Source: Minisyncoccota bacterium
GTDB taxonomy: Bacteria > Patescibacteriota > Minisyncoccia > JAHIHE01 > JAGLIN01
Assembly: GCA_028690055.1 (NCBI GenBank)
Contig: JAQVBZ010000001.1
Coordinates: 20,452-84,451, forward strand
DNA: 64,000 nt
Direction of reading: 5' to 3'
In this document: positions 9,922 through 18,875 of the stretch, piece by piece
How positions within the stretch are numbered: position 1 is the first letter of the stretch
Layout: every line of letters begins with the position of its first letter
The notes under the pieces: model-generated
What the model was told of the DNA's origin: nothing
The model's input: the letters and a program-made list of their open reading frames with translations, nothing else
Database searches by the model: none
Translations under genes and position numbers: made by a program

Positions 9922-10722
9922 TTATACAATAGTATCCTCCAGAATCGCATCAAGCTTATCTTCGAGCTCTTCCAATTTGATTTTGCTTTTCTTGCCTTTG
10001 CTTTCTTCTTTCTTCTCTTTACTCGGCGCCTTTTCAATCTTGCTTTCTTCTTTCTTCTCTTCTATCTTTGCCTCTTCAGACTTCAGCACCGATTCTTCCT
10101 CTTTCACTTCTTCTTTCTCCTTTTCCTCTTTCACTTCTTCAATTTCGAGTGTTGCTTCTTTCACTGCCACCTCTTCTTTTTTCTCTTCTTCTACCGTTTC
10201 CACAGCTGGCTCTACTGCTTTCACTTCTTCTTTCTTTTCGGCACCTGTTTCTTTCCTTGCAGTTTTACGGTCTTCTTTCCCTTTGCTGTTTTCAGCTTCT
10301 TCTCTTTCCTGCTCGGCTTTTTTGCGAGCAAAGAGTGTTTGCAGTCTCTCCCATTCTTCCTTAGTCATCGGGTCGGCTTCGAGGATGATGTGTCTGAGTA
10401 CGACTTTGCTGAGTCGCAAGTATTCGTCGATTTCTTCGATTTTCTTGCCCTCTGCTTCGAAATTGACGAGACAGTAGTAACCGAATCTTTCGTGCTTGAT
10501 CAAGTAAGCCAATTTTCTTTTCACGACCGGCAGAGCCTTGATTTCATCGGGTTCGTCTTCTTTGCTCATTCCGGCCTTGGTGAGGAACGGGTGTTCAAGC
10601 AAAGTCTCAAGCATCTTACCACCGAATTTTTCAATGTGCTTCTGCACATCTTGGAAATTCTTTACGATCTCTTCGCTGGTTTCTGACGCCGGAAGGATGT
10701 AAAGGAGTTCGTAATTTTTCAT
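9922..10722 (-). CDS. rpsF: 30S ribosomal protein S6 with ~150-aa Lys/Glu-rich low-complexity C-terminal tail
   Basis: N-terminus MKNYELLYIL...KRKLAYLIKHERFGYYCLVNFEA is S6-like. It lies upstream of ssb and rpsR on the same strand. The tail is EEKKEE-type repeats. Confidence 0.7.
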   Translation of the reverse strand: MKNYELLYILPASETSEEIVKNFQDVQKHIEKFGGKMLETLLEHPFLTKAGMSKEDEPDEIKALPVVKRKLAYLIKHERFGYYCLVNFEAEGKKIEEIDEYLRLSKVVLRHIILEADPMTKEEWERLQTLFARKKAEQEREEAENSKGKEDRKTARKETGAEKKEEVKAVEPAVETVEEEKKEEVAVKEATLEIEEVKEEKEKEEVKEEESVLKSEEAKIEEKKEESKIEKAPSKEKKEESKGKKSKIKLEELEDKLDAILEDTIV

Positions 10723-10942
10723 TCTTTTTTCTTAATATAATAAATTATGATTTTGGCACAAAAAATACAGATATATATGGACCTAGGACGTAGCGGTACT
10801 ACGCCATATATCTTTACCTTTCGATGCTTTATCCTAACATGGTTTTTCAGGTTTGGCAAGCGGTTATGTGGACTGACATGTGGACTGATAAATCTGTATA
10901 GTCTTTATTATCTTTAATCCCGAATAGGTCGGTTTTAAAGAT

Positions 10943-11142
10943 TCCCTTCTCGAGAGGGGAAGAACCGTCATGGCTTTAGCCATAACGTTGTGAGGGGTGT
11001 GTTGAATGTGCGAATGACTGAAGGTTTACATCTTATAAAAACAATGCCTGATATCGTAATTGTGAGTAGCAGACCGTCTCCACGCACCCCGCGTGACAAC
11101 AATACTACGCTTATGTTGGCGCTACCTCTCCCGAGAGGGGAA
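10943..11142. repeat. Family-6 composite element: two ~75-bp arms in inverted orientation
   Basis: Arm motif CCCTCTCGRGAGRGGTAGCGCCAACATAAG...CGCGGGGTG. The right arm (11062-11142, minus orientation) is about 85% identical to 22478-22555; the left arm is a degenerate copy. It lies in a ~1-kb noncoding gap between rpsF and ychF. Confidence 0.6.
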
Positions 11143-11574
11143 TTAAAAAGATACCCTGTTATATCGTTTAGCTGAAAAAGAAAAGAATTCAGGACAGTTC
11201 GGTTAGGTATGATTATTAAAAAAACACGTCTGTGAAGATATGTCTCGGAACAAAGAAGCCTATAAAGAGAAGAAAACAATACTTAAGTATTGTTTGTTGT
11301 GAGTTGAATTTTTTTTGGGAGAGTTTTTGTTTTTTGAAGGGTGATTTTTTGAGGTGAGATGGGATAACACTATTTTGTTTTTTATTGAGGAGGAGATAGA
11401 GGGATGTCTCTGCACTTAAAGAAATCCTTTAAGTTCAAGGATATCCTCCTTCCTCTTCCTTATCTATATTTTACACCTCTAATAAAATACGTCAATAGCG
11501 CATTTTTCCTTTTATTCAAGCCAAAATATACGCTAGCGAAACGGGAGTAATGGATTCTAAGAGTAAAATATATT

Positions 11575-11685
11575 GCGGAGTAGCGGGATTCATCCCGCGC
11601 GGTTGTCACAAGCCGAAAAATGCGTCGTATATCTTTCACTATTCTCTCGTGGGATAACAGCGCAGACTAAAGTCTGCTACTCCAT
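11575..11685 (+). repeat. MITE-like family 1, copy 1 (~110 bp, ends GGAGTAGCGGGATTCATCCCGCGC ... GCGCAGACTAAAGTCTGCTACTCCA)
   Basis: Terminal inverted repeat GGAGTAGC/GCTACTCC. Each end has its own hairpin (GCGGGAT..ATCCCGC; GCAGACT..AGTCTGC). It lies 30 bp past the ychF stop. Confidence 0.8.
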
Positions 11686-11714
11686 TTTTTTCTATCCGTT
11701 TCTACTCCTTCAAT

Positions 11715-12788
11715 CTATATCTTAAATTCAATCACATCTCCATCCTGTACAATATATGTCTTACCCTCGGTTCGCAGCAGTCCTTTTTCCGCCGCATTTC
11801 CTAGTGAACCCGCCTCGATCAGTTTCTGCCAATTGATGACGCTGGCGCGGATGAATCTTTCTTCAAAGTCGCTATGGATGGCACTGCCGGCTTGGGGCGC
11901 GGTCGAGTCTTTTTTGATAGTCCAGGCTCGGGTCTCGTCTGTACCGGTGGTAAGGAAGGTAATGAGACCGAGCAGGTCGTAGCAACGTGTGGTTAAATCT
12001 TCCAGTGAAGAAACCTTCGGATCCAGCTCCGCTTCTGCTCGAAAAACTTCCGCTTCTTCGGCTTCGAGTTCTCTCAGCTCCAGTTCGAATTGGATAGGGA
12101 GGAAAATCTTATTTTTGATATCGGGCAAGATGGCGTCTAGTTCGGCAGCTTTCTGCTCTTCGCTGACATTGACGACGTAGAGGACCGGCTTGTTGGTGAG
12201 GAGTTGCAGTTCTTTCACAACTTCTTTTTCTTTCTCATCCAGCACTACGGAGTTGGCCATCTTTTCGTCTTCAAGCGCGACTTTGTATTTTTCCAAGACT
12301 GCCTTGAGCGTGATAGCCTTTTTATCTCCCGAACGCACTTCTTTCTCTATTTTAGAAAGCCGTTTGTCTACCGTGTCCAAATCCGCCAAGATGAGTTCGG
12401 TATTGATTACGTCGACATCATGCGCGGGGTCTACTTTGTCGTGCACGTGTGTAATCTTGCCACTCGGAAATCCTCGGACGATGTGCGCGATCATATCTAC
12501 CTCGCGGATGTTGGCGAGGAATTTATTTCCCAGTCCTTCACCCTCGTGCGCGCCCTCGACCAGTCCGGCGATGTCTACGAACTCTATCGCGGTGGGAATG
12601 GTCTTGGCGCTCTTGGAAAACACGGTCAGTTTTTCCAATCTCTCGTCAGGCACTTTAACGATGCCCACATTAGGGTCGATGGTGCAGAAAGGGTAGTTCG
12701 AGATGTCGATCTCTTTTTTGGTCAGGGTCTTGAAAAGCGTGGACTTGCCGACATTGGGCAGTCCGACGATGCCTACTGAAAATCCCAT
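11715..12788 (-). CDS. ychF: Ribosome-binding ATPase YchF (Obg-family GTPase)
   Basis: G1 motif GIVGLPNVGKSTLF, TGS C-terminal domain, 357 aa. Confidence 0.9.
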   Translation of the reverse strand: MGFSVGIVGLPNVGKSTLFKTLTKKEIDISNYPFCTIDPNVGIVKVPDERLEKLTVFSKSAKTIPTAIEFVDIAGLVEGAHEGEGLGNKFLANIREVDMIAHIVRGFPSGKITHVHDKVDPAHDVDVINTELILADLDTVDKRLSKIEKEVRSGDKKAITLKAVLEKYKVALEDEKMANSVVLDEKEKEVVKELQLLTNKPVLYVVNVSEEQKAAELDAILPDIKNKIFLPIQFELELRELEAEEAEVFRAEAELDPKVSSLEDLTTRCYDLLGLITFLTTGTDETRAWTIKKDSTAPQAGSAIHSDFEERFIRASVINWQKLIEAGSLGNAAEKGLLRTEGKTYIVQDGDVIEFKI

Positions 12789-12903
12789 ATGTATAAAATT
12801 AAATGTATATTAACTATACTTAAACTTAGCCTGAAGTCGGCTCAAAGTCAATAAAATAAGGAACCTTTTCTGCCGTCATTCCGGTTTAGAAAGTTCCCGA
12901 TAA

Positions 12904-13236
12904 TTATTTTTCTTTTCCCAAAATTATGTCTTGAATCTTATCTATTAGTTCGTGTTCACCCGACATAAATTCTTTTATCAGGGCGAGCCCGGTCGTTCCC
13001 CATACTATTTTGGGAATAAATATTCCTATCAGTACGAGGCCAACCGTCGTTATTAGTAGACGGAAAAGCATTCTCTTCTTGTTGTCTTTTTTGTTTTTCT
13101 TTATTTCCTCCCTCAGTTTTCCTGCAAATTTATCGAGTATCTTTATTAAGGTCGCACGGTCCTTCTGATTCATTTTTTCGGCTACTTTGATTAATAGCCC
13201 GAGGTCTGTTTCCTCCGTCGGTCTCACCTTCATCAC
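12904..13236 (-). CDS. Hypothetical small membrane-anchored protein
   Basis: 110-aa ORF with a C-terminal TM segment (LLITTVGLVLIGIFIP). No recognised motif. Confidence 0.35.
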   Translation of the reverse strand: MMKVRPTEETDLGLLIKVAEKMNQKDRATLIKILDKFAGKLREEIKKNKKDNKKRMLFRLLITTVGLVLIGIFIPKIVWGTTGLALIKEFMSGEHELIDKIQDIILGKEK

Positions 13237-13397
13237 ACTATGTCATCGATGCGGAAAAAAGTCAACACCCAATATTTTCCATGCTTCGTATTATTTTCAT
13301 CTTAAAGTGAAGGATCTAAGGTATCGTCCTCCTGATTTCTTTATCCAAATCGAATCTTTTGCTATAATAAAGATATAACAAAAATAAAAACACAAAT

Positions 13398-14474
13398 ATG
13401 ATAACCAAATATATCGGTGAGATAAATCAGGCGTTGGAATTCTATGTCGGTGCGGGGATTTCTCCCTATGCGATTGTTGTTTTGCTTCTAACCGGGTCCT
13501 TTTTCTTAGCGCAGGTCATAAGCTTTATCTTTTCCCATATCATTGTAAAGCTTACAATCAGGACTAAGCTTGAGGGGGATGATAAGATTATAAAAATTCT
13601 GGAGCCTTCTATCTTTTACTCGGTGCTGTTTTGGGGTTTTTATCAGGCTCTTTTCTTTATGGAATTTCTTGACGGTTACGTCATCTATTTTTCATACATC
13701 ATACAGTCTCTCACAATAATAGTCTGGGTATCGGCTATATCTAAGATTGTGCAGATAATAATTGGTGGACTAGGGTCGCGAGTCGCGGCAAGATCCAAAT
13801 ACGCCGTGGATGAGGGGATGGTCCCACTTTTTAATAATGTGAGCAGTATCGTAGTCTGGTTTCTTGGTGTTGCTGTTCTGCTCCGGGTCTGGAATCTGGA
13901 TCTGACTCCTCTCCTGGCTTCGGCGGGGATTGCAGGTTTGGCGGTCGCTCTTGCGGCACAGGAGACTATCTCTCATATCTTTGGTGGACTTTCCCTTTAT
14001 CTTGATAAGCCTTTTCGTGTAGGGGATCGGGTTCAACTAGACAGTGGAGAAATCGGAGATGTGCTGGAGATAGGGATCCGTTCCACCAAGATAAAAACTT
14101 TCGATGAAACGGTCGTTATTATCCCCAATAATATTGTTGCCAGTTCGCGTATTATCAATTACAATAAGCCGAAGTCCAAAATCAAGGTAAAAATAGACAT
14201 GAGCTTGGCTTACGGCACGAATGTCAATAAGGCCAAGGCGGCGATATTGGACGTGCTTGAAACTACGGAGGGAGTAGAGAAGGATCCGTCGCCGTCGGTG
14301 TATTTCACTGAGATGGGGGATTTTGCTCTCAAATTTCTGGCGGTAGTGTGGGTTGCCAATCCCAAGAAGCAGTTCGTCACAAAGACGCTTCTGACGGAAA
14401 AACTCTATGAGAGGATTAATAAAGAGAAATTTATCATTCCTTATCCTACGCAGGAGGTCCATATAAAAAGATAA
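13398..14474 (+). CDS. Small-conductance mechanosensitive channel (MscS family)
   Basis: TM3/beta-domain signature GLAVALAAQETISHIFGGLSLYLDKPFRVGDRVQLDSGEIGDVLEIGIRSTKIKTFDETVVIIPNN. Confidence 0.8.
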   Translation: MITKYIGEINQALEFYVGAGISPYAIVVLLLTGSFFLAQVISFIFSHIIVKLTIRTKLEGDDKIIKILEPSIFYSVLFWGFYQALFFMEFLDGYVIYFSYIIQSLTIIVWVSAISKIVQIIIGGLGSRVAARSKYAVDEGMVPLFNNVSSIVVWFLGVAVLLRVWNLDLTPLLASAGIAGLAVALAAQETISHIFGGLSLYLDKPFRVGDRVQLDSGEIGDVLEIGIRSTKIKTFDETVVIIPNNIVASSRIINYNKPKSKIKVKIDMSLAYGTNVNKAKAAILDVLETTEGVEKDPSPSVYFTEMGDFALKFLAVVWVANPKKQFVTKTLLTEKLYERINKEKFIIPYPTQEVHIKR

Positions 14475-14493
14475 ATAGTTAAGGAATAAGTTT

Positions 14494-15696
14494 ATGCAAG
14501 CTGTAATTCTGGCTGCGGGAAAATCTACCCGCACCTATCCTCTCACTCTGACTAAGCCGAAGCCTCTTTTGAAGGTGGCAAACTTGACCATAGTCGAACG
14601 CAATCTAGAGCAATTGCGAGGCCTGGTTGACGAGGTGATCATGGTGGTAGGATATCAGTCGGACATGATCAAGGGGTTCTTAGGTGAAAATTATCGGGGC
14701 ATGAAGATAAGATATGTCTCGCAGGAAGAGACGTCCGGCACCGCCAGTGCTTTCAGTCTGACCAAGCAATATGTACAAGGCAAATTTATTCTTATGTTCG
14801 GCGATGACCTTTACAGTCGAGCGGATATTCGCAATCTTGCGAAATACAACAATGCCATCTTGGCGCAAAAGGTAGAGGACCCTTCCCGTTTCGGCGTGTT
14901 GAAAGTGGAAGGAGATAAATTTCTGGAAGTCATTGAGAAGCCGCAAGAATTCATTTCTGATCTGGTAAGTATAGGTTGCTTTATTTTTACTCCGGAAATC
15001 TTCAACGTTTTGGAAGATATCAAACTTTCCCAAAGAGGGGAATACGAGCTCACTGATGCTTATAATTTTTTAGCTCAAAAAGAGGAGATTAAGGTTGTTT
15101 CAGCTAAGGATTTCTGGCTTCCAATCACTTTTCCGTGGAGTCTATTGCGTGCGAATAGTTTTCTTCTGCAGAGAACCAAGACCGATATCAGCAAAAAATC
15201 CAAAGTAGAAAAAGGTGTTATTATTAAAGGGCAGGTGATTATCGGAGAGAAAACTGTCATTAAGTCCGGTGTATATATTGAAGGGCCAGTCGTAATCGGG
15301 GAAAAATGTGTAATCGGACCTAATGCTTATCTACGTGCAGGTACGACTATCGGGGACAACTGTCATATCGGTCAGGCGGTAGAAATCAAAAATTCCATTA
15401 TCGGTGACAATACCAATGTGGCGCATCTTTCTTATGTCGGTGATTCTGTCTTGGGTGATAATGTAAATTTCGGTGCCGGCACTATCACAGCCAATTTGCG
15501 TCACGATGACAAGAATATTAAATCATTGGTGGGTGATAAAGTGATGGATTCTGAGATGAAAAAAATGGGCGTGATCGTGGGTGATGGCTGCAAGACCGGA
15601 GTGCACACCTCTTTCTATCCCGGCGTCAAAATGGACCCGGGCACGACGACGTTGCCGGGAGATGTCGTGGTGAGGGATATAAAAAAAAGTGAATAG
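14494..15696 (+). CDS. Bifunctional sugar-1-phosphate nucleotidyltransferase / left-handed beta-helix acyltransferase (GlmU-like, archaeal-type)
   Basis: N-terminus AVILAAGKSTRTYPLTLTKPKPLL is an NTP-transferase fold. The C-terminal third has hexapeptide repeats (IGEKCVIGPNAYLRAGTTIGDNCHIGQAVEIKNSIIGDNTNV...). Confidence 0.8.
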   Translation: MQAVILAAGKSTRTYPLTLTKPKPLLKVANLTIVERNLEQLRGLVDEVIMVVGYQSDMIKGFLGENYRGMKIRYVSQEETSGTASAFSLTKQYVQGKFILMFGDDLYSRADIRNLAKYNNAILAQKVEDPSRFGVLKVEGDKFLEVIEKPQEFISDLVSIGCFIFTPEIFNVLEDIKLSQRGEYELTDAYNFLAQKEEIKVVSAKDFWLPITFPWSLLRANSFLLQRTKTDISKKSKVEKGVIIKGQVIIGEKTVIKSGVYIEGPVVIGEKCVIGPNAYLRAGTTIGDNCHIGQAVEIKNSIIGDNTNVAHLSYVGDSVLGDNVNFGAGTITANLRHDDKNIKSLVGDKVMDSEMKKMGVIVGDGCKTGVHTSFYPGVKMDPGTTTLPGDVVVRDIKKSE

Positions 15697-15931
15697 CATA
15701 AGCTCCTATTTTGTTATTTTGAATTGTAGGGGCTCAATATCTTGTGCTCTTGCGATTGTGAATCTGCTAATAACGCCATATGATATTAAGTTCTTTGTAA
15801 TATAACGTCGGTAGAGAATGAAATGTTTCCCATATTCCTCAATCGCTCCGCTCATTTCGGAATGACAAATAGAATCTGGTTTCTGACGATATATAATTTT
15901 GACGTTTATGTTTAAAAAGTAGTGCTCATCT

Positions 15932-16561
15932 ATGAAAATATATTTAGATTTTGACGATACTATCTTTGATACCCGCGCTTTTGCCGAAGATCTCAGCCGG
16001 ATTTTTGAGCGTGTAGGTTTCTCGGAAAAAGATTTTTTTGATAATTATGCCCTTGTTAGGGATAATCGGGGAGGGCTTGATCTCGATGCTCTTTTTAATC
16101 AGCTATCCCGCCAGAGAGAATTCGATATTCGCAAGACTAGGCGCAGTGTAGATAATCTTTTTGCCAACGTGGATGTTTTTGTTCACAACGATTTTTTCGA
16201 TTTCGCAAGGGGCTTTTCTAAAGAGGATTTGACACTGCTTTCTTACGGCCCGACGCTTTCCCAGCGAGAGAAGATTGAGAATTCCAAGGTTATCCCCTTT
16301 TTCAATGAAATTATTGTGACTTCCCGAAGCAAAGAGGAGAGTTTTCCGGACATACTCCGTAAATATCCGAGTGAAGAATTGTTTTTTGTGGATGACAAAG
16401 CTGACCAGATCGATCGCGTCAAGACGGTGGCTCCGTCCGTGGTAGTGATGAAGATGGAACGCCCGGGAGGACGGCATACGGGCATCAAATCCGAATTGGC
16501 GGATCATATCGTAAAAGATTTTTATGACGTGGCGGAGATTATAAAAGGCAAAAGTAAATAG
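15932..16561 (+). CDS. HAD-superfamily phosphatase-like hydrolase
   Basis: N-terminal MKIYLDFDDTIF (DxD motif I) and later FVDDKADQ (motif IV-like). Embedded in the sugar-activation cluster. Confidence 0.55.
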   Translation: MKIYLDFDDTIFDTRAFAEDLSRIFERVGFSEKDFFDNYALVRDNRGGLDLDALFNQLSRQREFDIRKTRRSVDNLFANVDVFVHNDFFDFARGFSKEDLTLLSYGPTLSQREKIENSKVIPFFNEIIVTSRSKEESFPDILRKYPSEELFFVDDKADQIDRVKTVAPSVVVMKMERPGGRHTGIKSELADHIVKDFYDVAEIIKGKSK

Positions 16562-16585
16562 TAGGGATATAGAATTTCGAATAGG

Positions 16586-16695
16586 TGTCATTCTGAGGTA
16601 CCCCCGAAGAATCCCAGTCTATCTCGCGTAGTGCAGTACCTTTTTTGATTGTCATCCCGAAAGGCGTACTCGATTGAGGAATCTGGGAAATATAG
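16586..16695 (+). repeat. Degenerate family-2 MITE fragments
   Basis: TGTCATTCTGAGG... and TTGTCATCCCGAAAGGCGTACTCGATTGAGGAATCTGGGAAATAT match the 5' arm of family 2. Confidence 0.5.
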
Positions 16696-16736
16696 AAGAC
16701 TCTATGAGTGATATTAATAAGAGCATTACTAGCTCA

Positions 16737-16774
16737 AGGGTACAAGATATTGTGCCCCTACAATTCGAAATTAC
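16737..16774 (+). repeat. Family-4 palindromic core AGGGYACAAGATATTGTGCCCCTACAA
   Basis: Same core occurs at 15724-15757 (rc), 37011-37037 (rc), 39164-39196 and 54490-54530. Confidence 0.7.
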
Positions 16775-16872
16775 AAAATGAACCTTTTATTGCATAGAGG
16801 AAGGCAAGGTGGTGATATATAATTTTACTATCCACATCAAATCAAATTAATTTACTATAAGCTGTAAAAAAT

Positions 16873-18237
16873 ATGGAGAAGATAAGTGAAGGGGTGTTCA
16901 AAGCTTATGATATCCGGGGCATCTATCCGAGCGAGATCGATGAAGATTTTGCTTACAAGTTAGGAAGGGGTTTTTCTACATTCGTGCTGGAAAAGAATCC
17001 TGCAGCCAAATCAGTTGTGCTTAGCAGCGATATGAGACTTTCTTCGCCGGCTCTGCGTGTCGAGGTGGAGCGAGGCATCCTTGATAGCGGACTCAACGTT
17101 ATCGATATCGGATTGGCGAGCACGCCGACTTTCTATTTTGCGGTCGCTTACTATGGCTACGACAGTGGTATCCAGGTTTCAGCTTCGCACAATCCCAAAG
17201 ATTACAACGGTTTCAAAATGGTGCTCGGAGGTGGTTTTCCGGTCAGCAAGAATTCCGGAATTATGCGCATTAAGGAGATAATGTTAAACGAAACTTTTGT
17301 GAATAAGGTTGAGCAAGGGACGATTTTTAAAGAGGAAAGCGTATTAGAAGACTTGGCAAATGAGCAGTTGGCCAACTTCGATATGAGCAGGATTCGGAAA
17401 TTCAAAATCGTTATAGACGCTTCCAATGCTATGGGGGCTTTGGATATGGAAGAATTTTTCAATCGTGTACCGGGTGATATCGTGAAGATGAATTTCACTC
17501 TGGATGGCAGCTTTCCTGTGCACGAGGCGGATCCGCTCAAAGAAGAGAATCTTGAAGCGCTACAAAAGGCGGTCGTGGAGAATGGAGCCGACTTCGGCAT
17601 CAGTATCGACGGTGATGCCGACCGATATTTCTTCGTGGATGAGAAGGGCGATTTGTTGCGGCAGGAAATCTTGCGTGGAATCATGGCGCAAATCGAACTC
17701 AAAAGAAGTCCCGGCGAGGTGGTTTGCTATGATATCCGTCCGGGCAGAATCACTCGAGATATGATCGAGGAGATGAAAGGAGATCCGATCGTGACTCCGG
17801 TCGGGCATTCACTCATAAAGGAAATTATGATTGAAAATGACGCGGTGTTCGGTGGCGAGTCATCCGGCCACTATTTTTACCGGGAGCATTACGGGACTTT
17901 CGAGATGCCATTCTTGTTGGTGTCGCGTTTCTTACAGTTTCTTTCCAGTGAAGATAAGACTTTTTCACAGATGATGGTGCCGTACAAAAAATACTTCCAC
18001 TCCGGTGAAATTAATCGCAAAGTTGCGGACTCGAAGGCTGTACTGGAAAAATTGAAAGAGAAGTACAAAGACGCTAGCCTTTCCGAGATCGATGGCATCA
18101 CGATTGAATACCCCGACTTCTGGTTTAATGTCCGGACTTCCAATACCGAGCCTCTGGTGCGTCTCAACTTGGAGTCGAAGAGTAGGGAACTGACCGATGA
18201 GAAAGTACGGGAAGTTTTAGAGGTGATTGAAGGATAA
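16873..18237 (+). CDS. Phosphomannomutase/phosphoglucomutase
   Basis: Active-site serine loop VSASHNPKDYNGFK, Mg loop SIDGDADR, sugar-binding GGESSGH. Confidence 0.9.
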   Translation: MEKISEGVFKAYDIRGIYPSEIDEDFAYKLGRGFSTFVLEKNPAAKSVVLSSDMRLSSPALRVEVERGILDSGLNVIDIGLASTPTFYFAVAYYGYDSGIQVSASHNPKDYNGFKMVLGGGFPVSKNSGIMRIKEIMLNETFVNKVEQGTIFKEESVLEDLANEQLANFDMSRIRKFKIVIDASNAMGALDMEEFFNRVPGDIVKMNFTLDGSFPVHEADPLKEENLEALQKAVVENGADFGISIDGDADRYFFVDEKGDLLRQEILRGIMAQIELKRSPGEVVCYDIRPGRITRDMIEEMKGDPIVTPVGHSLIKEIMIENDAVFGGESSGHYFYREHYGTFEMPFLLVSRFLQFLSSEDKTFSQMMVPYKKYFHSGEINRKVADSKAVLEKLKEKYKDASLSEIDGITIEYPDFWFNVRTSNTEPLVRLNLESKSRELTDEKVREVLEVIEG

Positions 18238-18263
18238 GGTTTTTCGTCTTTATAAAAAAATAA

Positions 18264-18294
18264 AAAGGGTTTCCGGTTGGAAATCCTTTTTTAG
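18264..18294. terminator. Rho-independent terminator (bidirectional) after the PMM/PGM gene
   Basis: AAAGGGTTTCC ggtt GGAAATCCTTTTTT. Confidence 0.6.
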
Positions 18295-18341
18295 TATAAA
18301 AATATTTTTTCTTTAGTGTCTTCTTTCTTTTTTGTTTAGAA

Positions 18342-18563
18342 TTAACCTTGCAGGCCTATAGCATTCATGGCTGCCCACATATTTATGTCGTTCTCTGCAT
18401 CTTTAAGAATTTGCTTAATCCTTTTTTTATCAGTGACGCCCCGTAGCCTTTTCTCTGTTGTTTTCCGAAGCTCATCGTTTCGAATGTCAGAAAGTTTTCT
18501 TATTTTTTCTCTTCCGTCTTCGTCGTTTGCTGTTTCAAATTCCGCATTACTTAATGTTGTCAT
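18342..18563 (-). CDS. Hypothetical 73-aa protein
   Basis: Start chosen at the internal Met preceded by GGAGGG (9 nt spacer). The ORF-track start at 18596 lacks an RBS. No recognised domain. Confidence 0.4.
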   Translation of the reverse strand: MTTLSNAEFETANDEDGREKIRKLSDIRNDELRKTTEKRLRGVTDKKRIKQILKDAENDINMWAAMNAIGLQG

Positions 18564-18875
18564 TTTTGTTTTACCCTCCTCTTCAATGGATGACAATCGT
18601 CATACTTTATCATACGATTGCAAACCTACTTCTCATTATAGTACTGCAATAATTATGTGTCAATCGTCAAAAGATGCCCCTAATAAGCCAAAAAATGTAA
18701 CATGCTGGGAAGTAAAATATTGATTTTGACGAGTTTTTGTATATAAATGGGGCGAAAAATTTTGTCTGATTTGCATTCTTTTAAACTTGTGCTAGGCTAT
18801 AAGTATGACAAGTTATGACGAAGTGTGAAAAGTTATGAAAAACTATCATGCGTTCTTATTTTTAAATCATATAAT

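Noticed and set aside
9977-10686. Plus-strand Ser/Leu-rich ORFs (166, 98, 115 aa) overlapping rpsF
   Set aside because: They are antisense translations of the K/E-rich repeat tail of S6 (GAA/AAG repeats read as TTC/CTT). They are artefacts of low complexity.
11575-11685. Considered whether family-1 elements are tRNA-derived or a known structured ncRNA (e.g. tmRNA, SRP, RNase P fragments)
   Set aside because: There is no tRNA cloverleaf, no T-loop GTTCGA, no RNase P CR-I/CR-V or SRP domain-IV motifs. The structure is two terminal hairpins plus a TIR, typical of a MITE. An Infernal scan would still be worth running.
12190-12779. Plus-strand ORFs (168, 191 aa) inside ychF
   Set aside because: They are antisense to a conserved GTPase gene and have no motifs.
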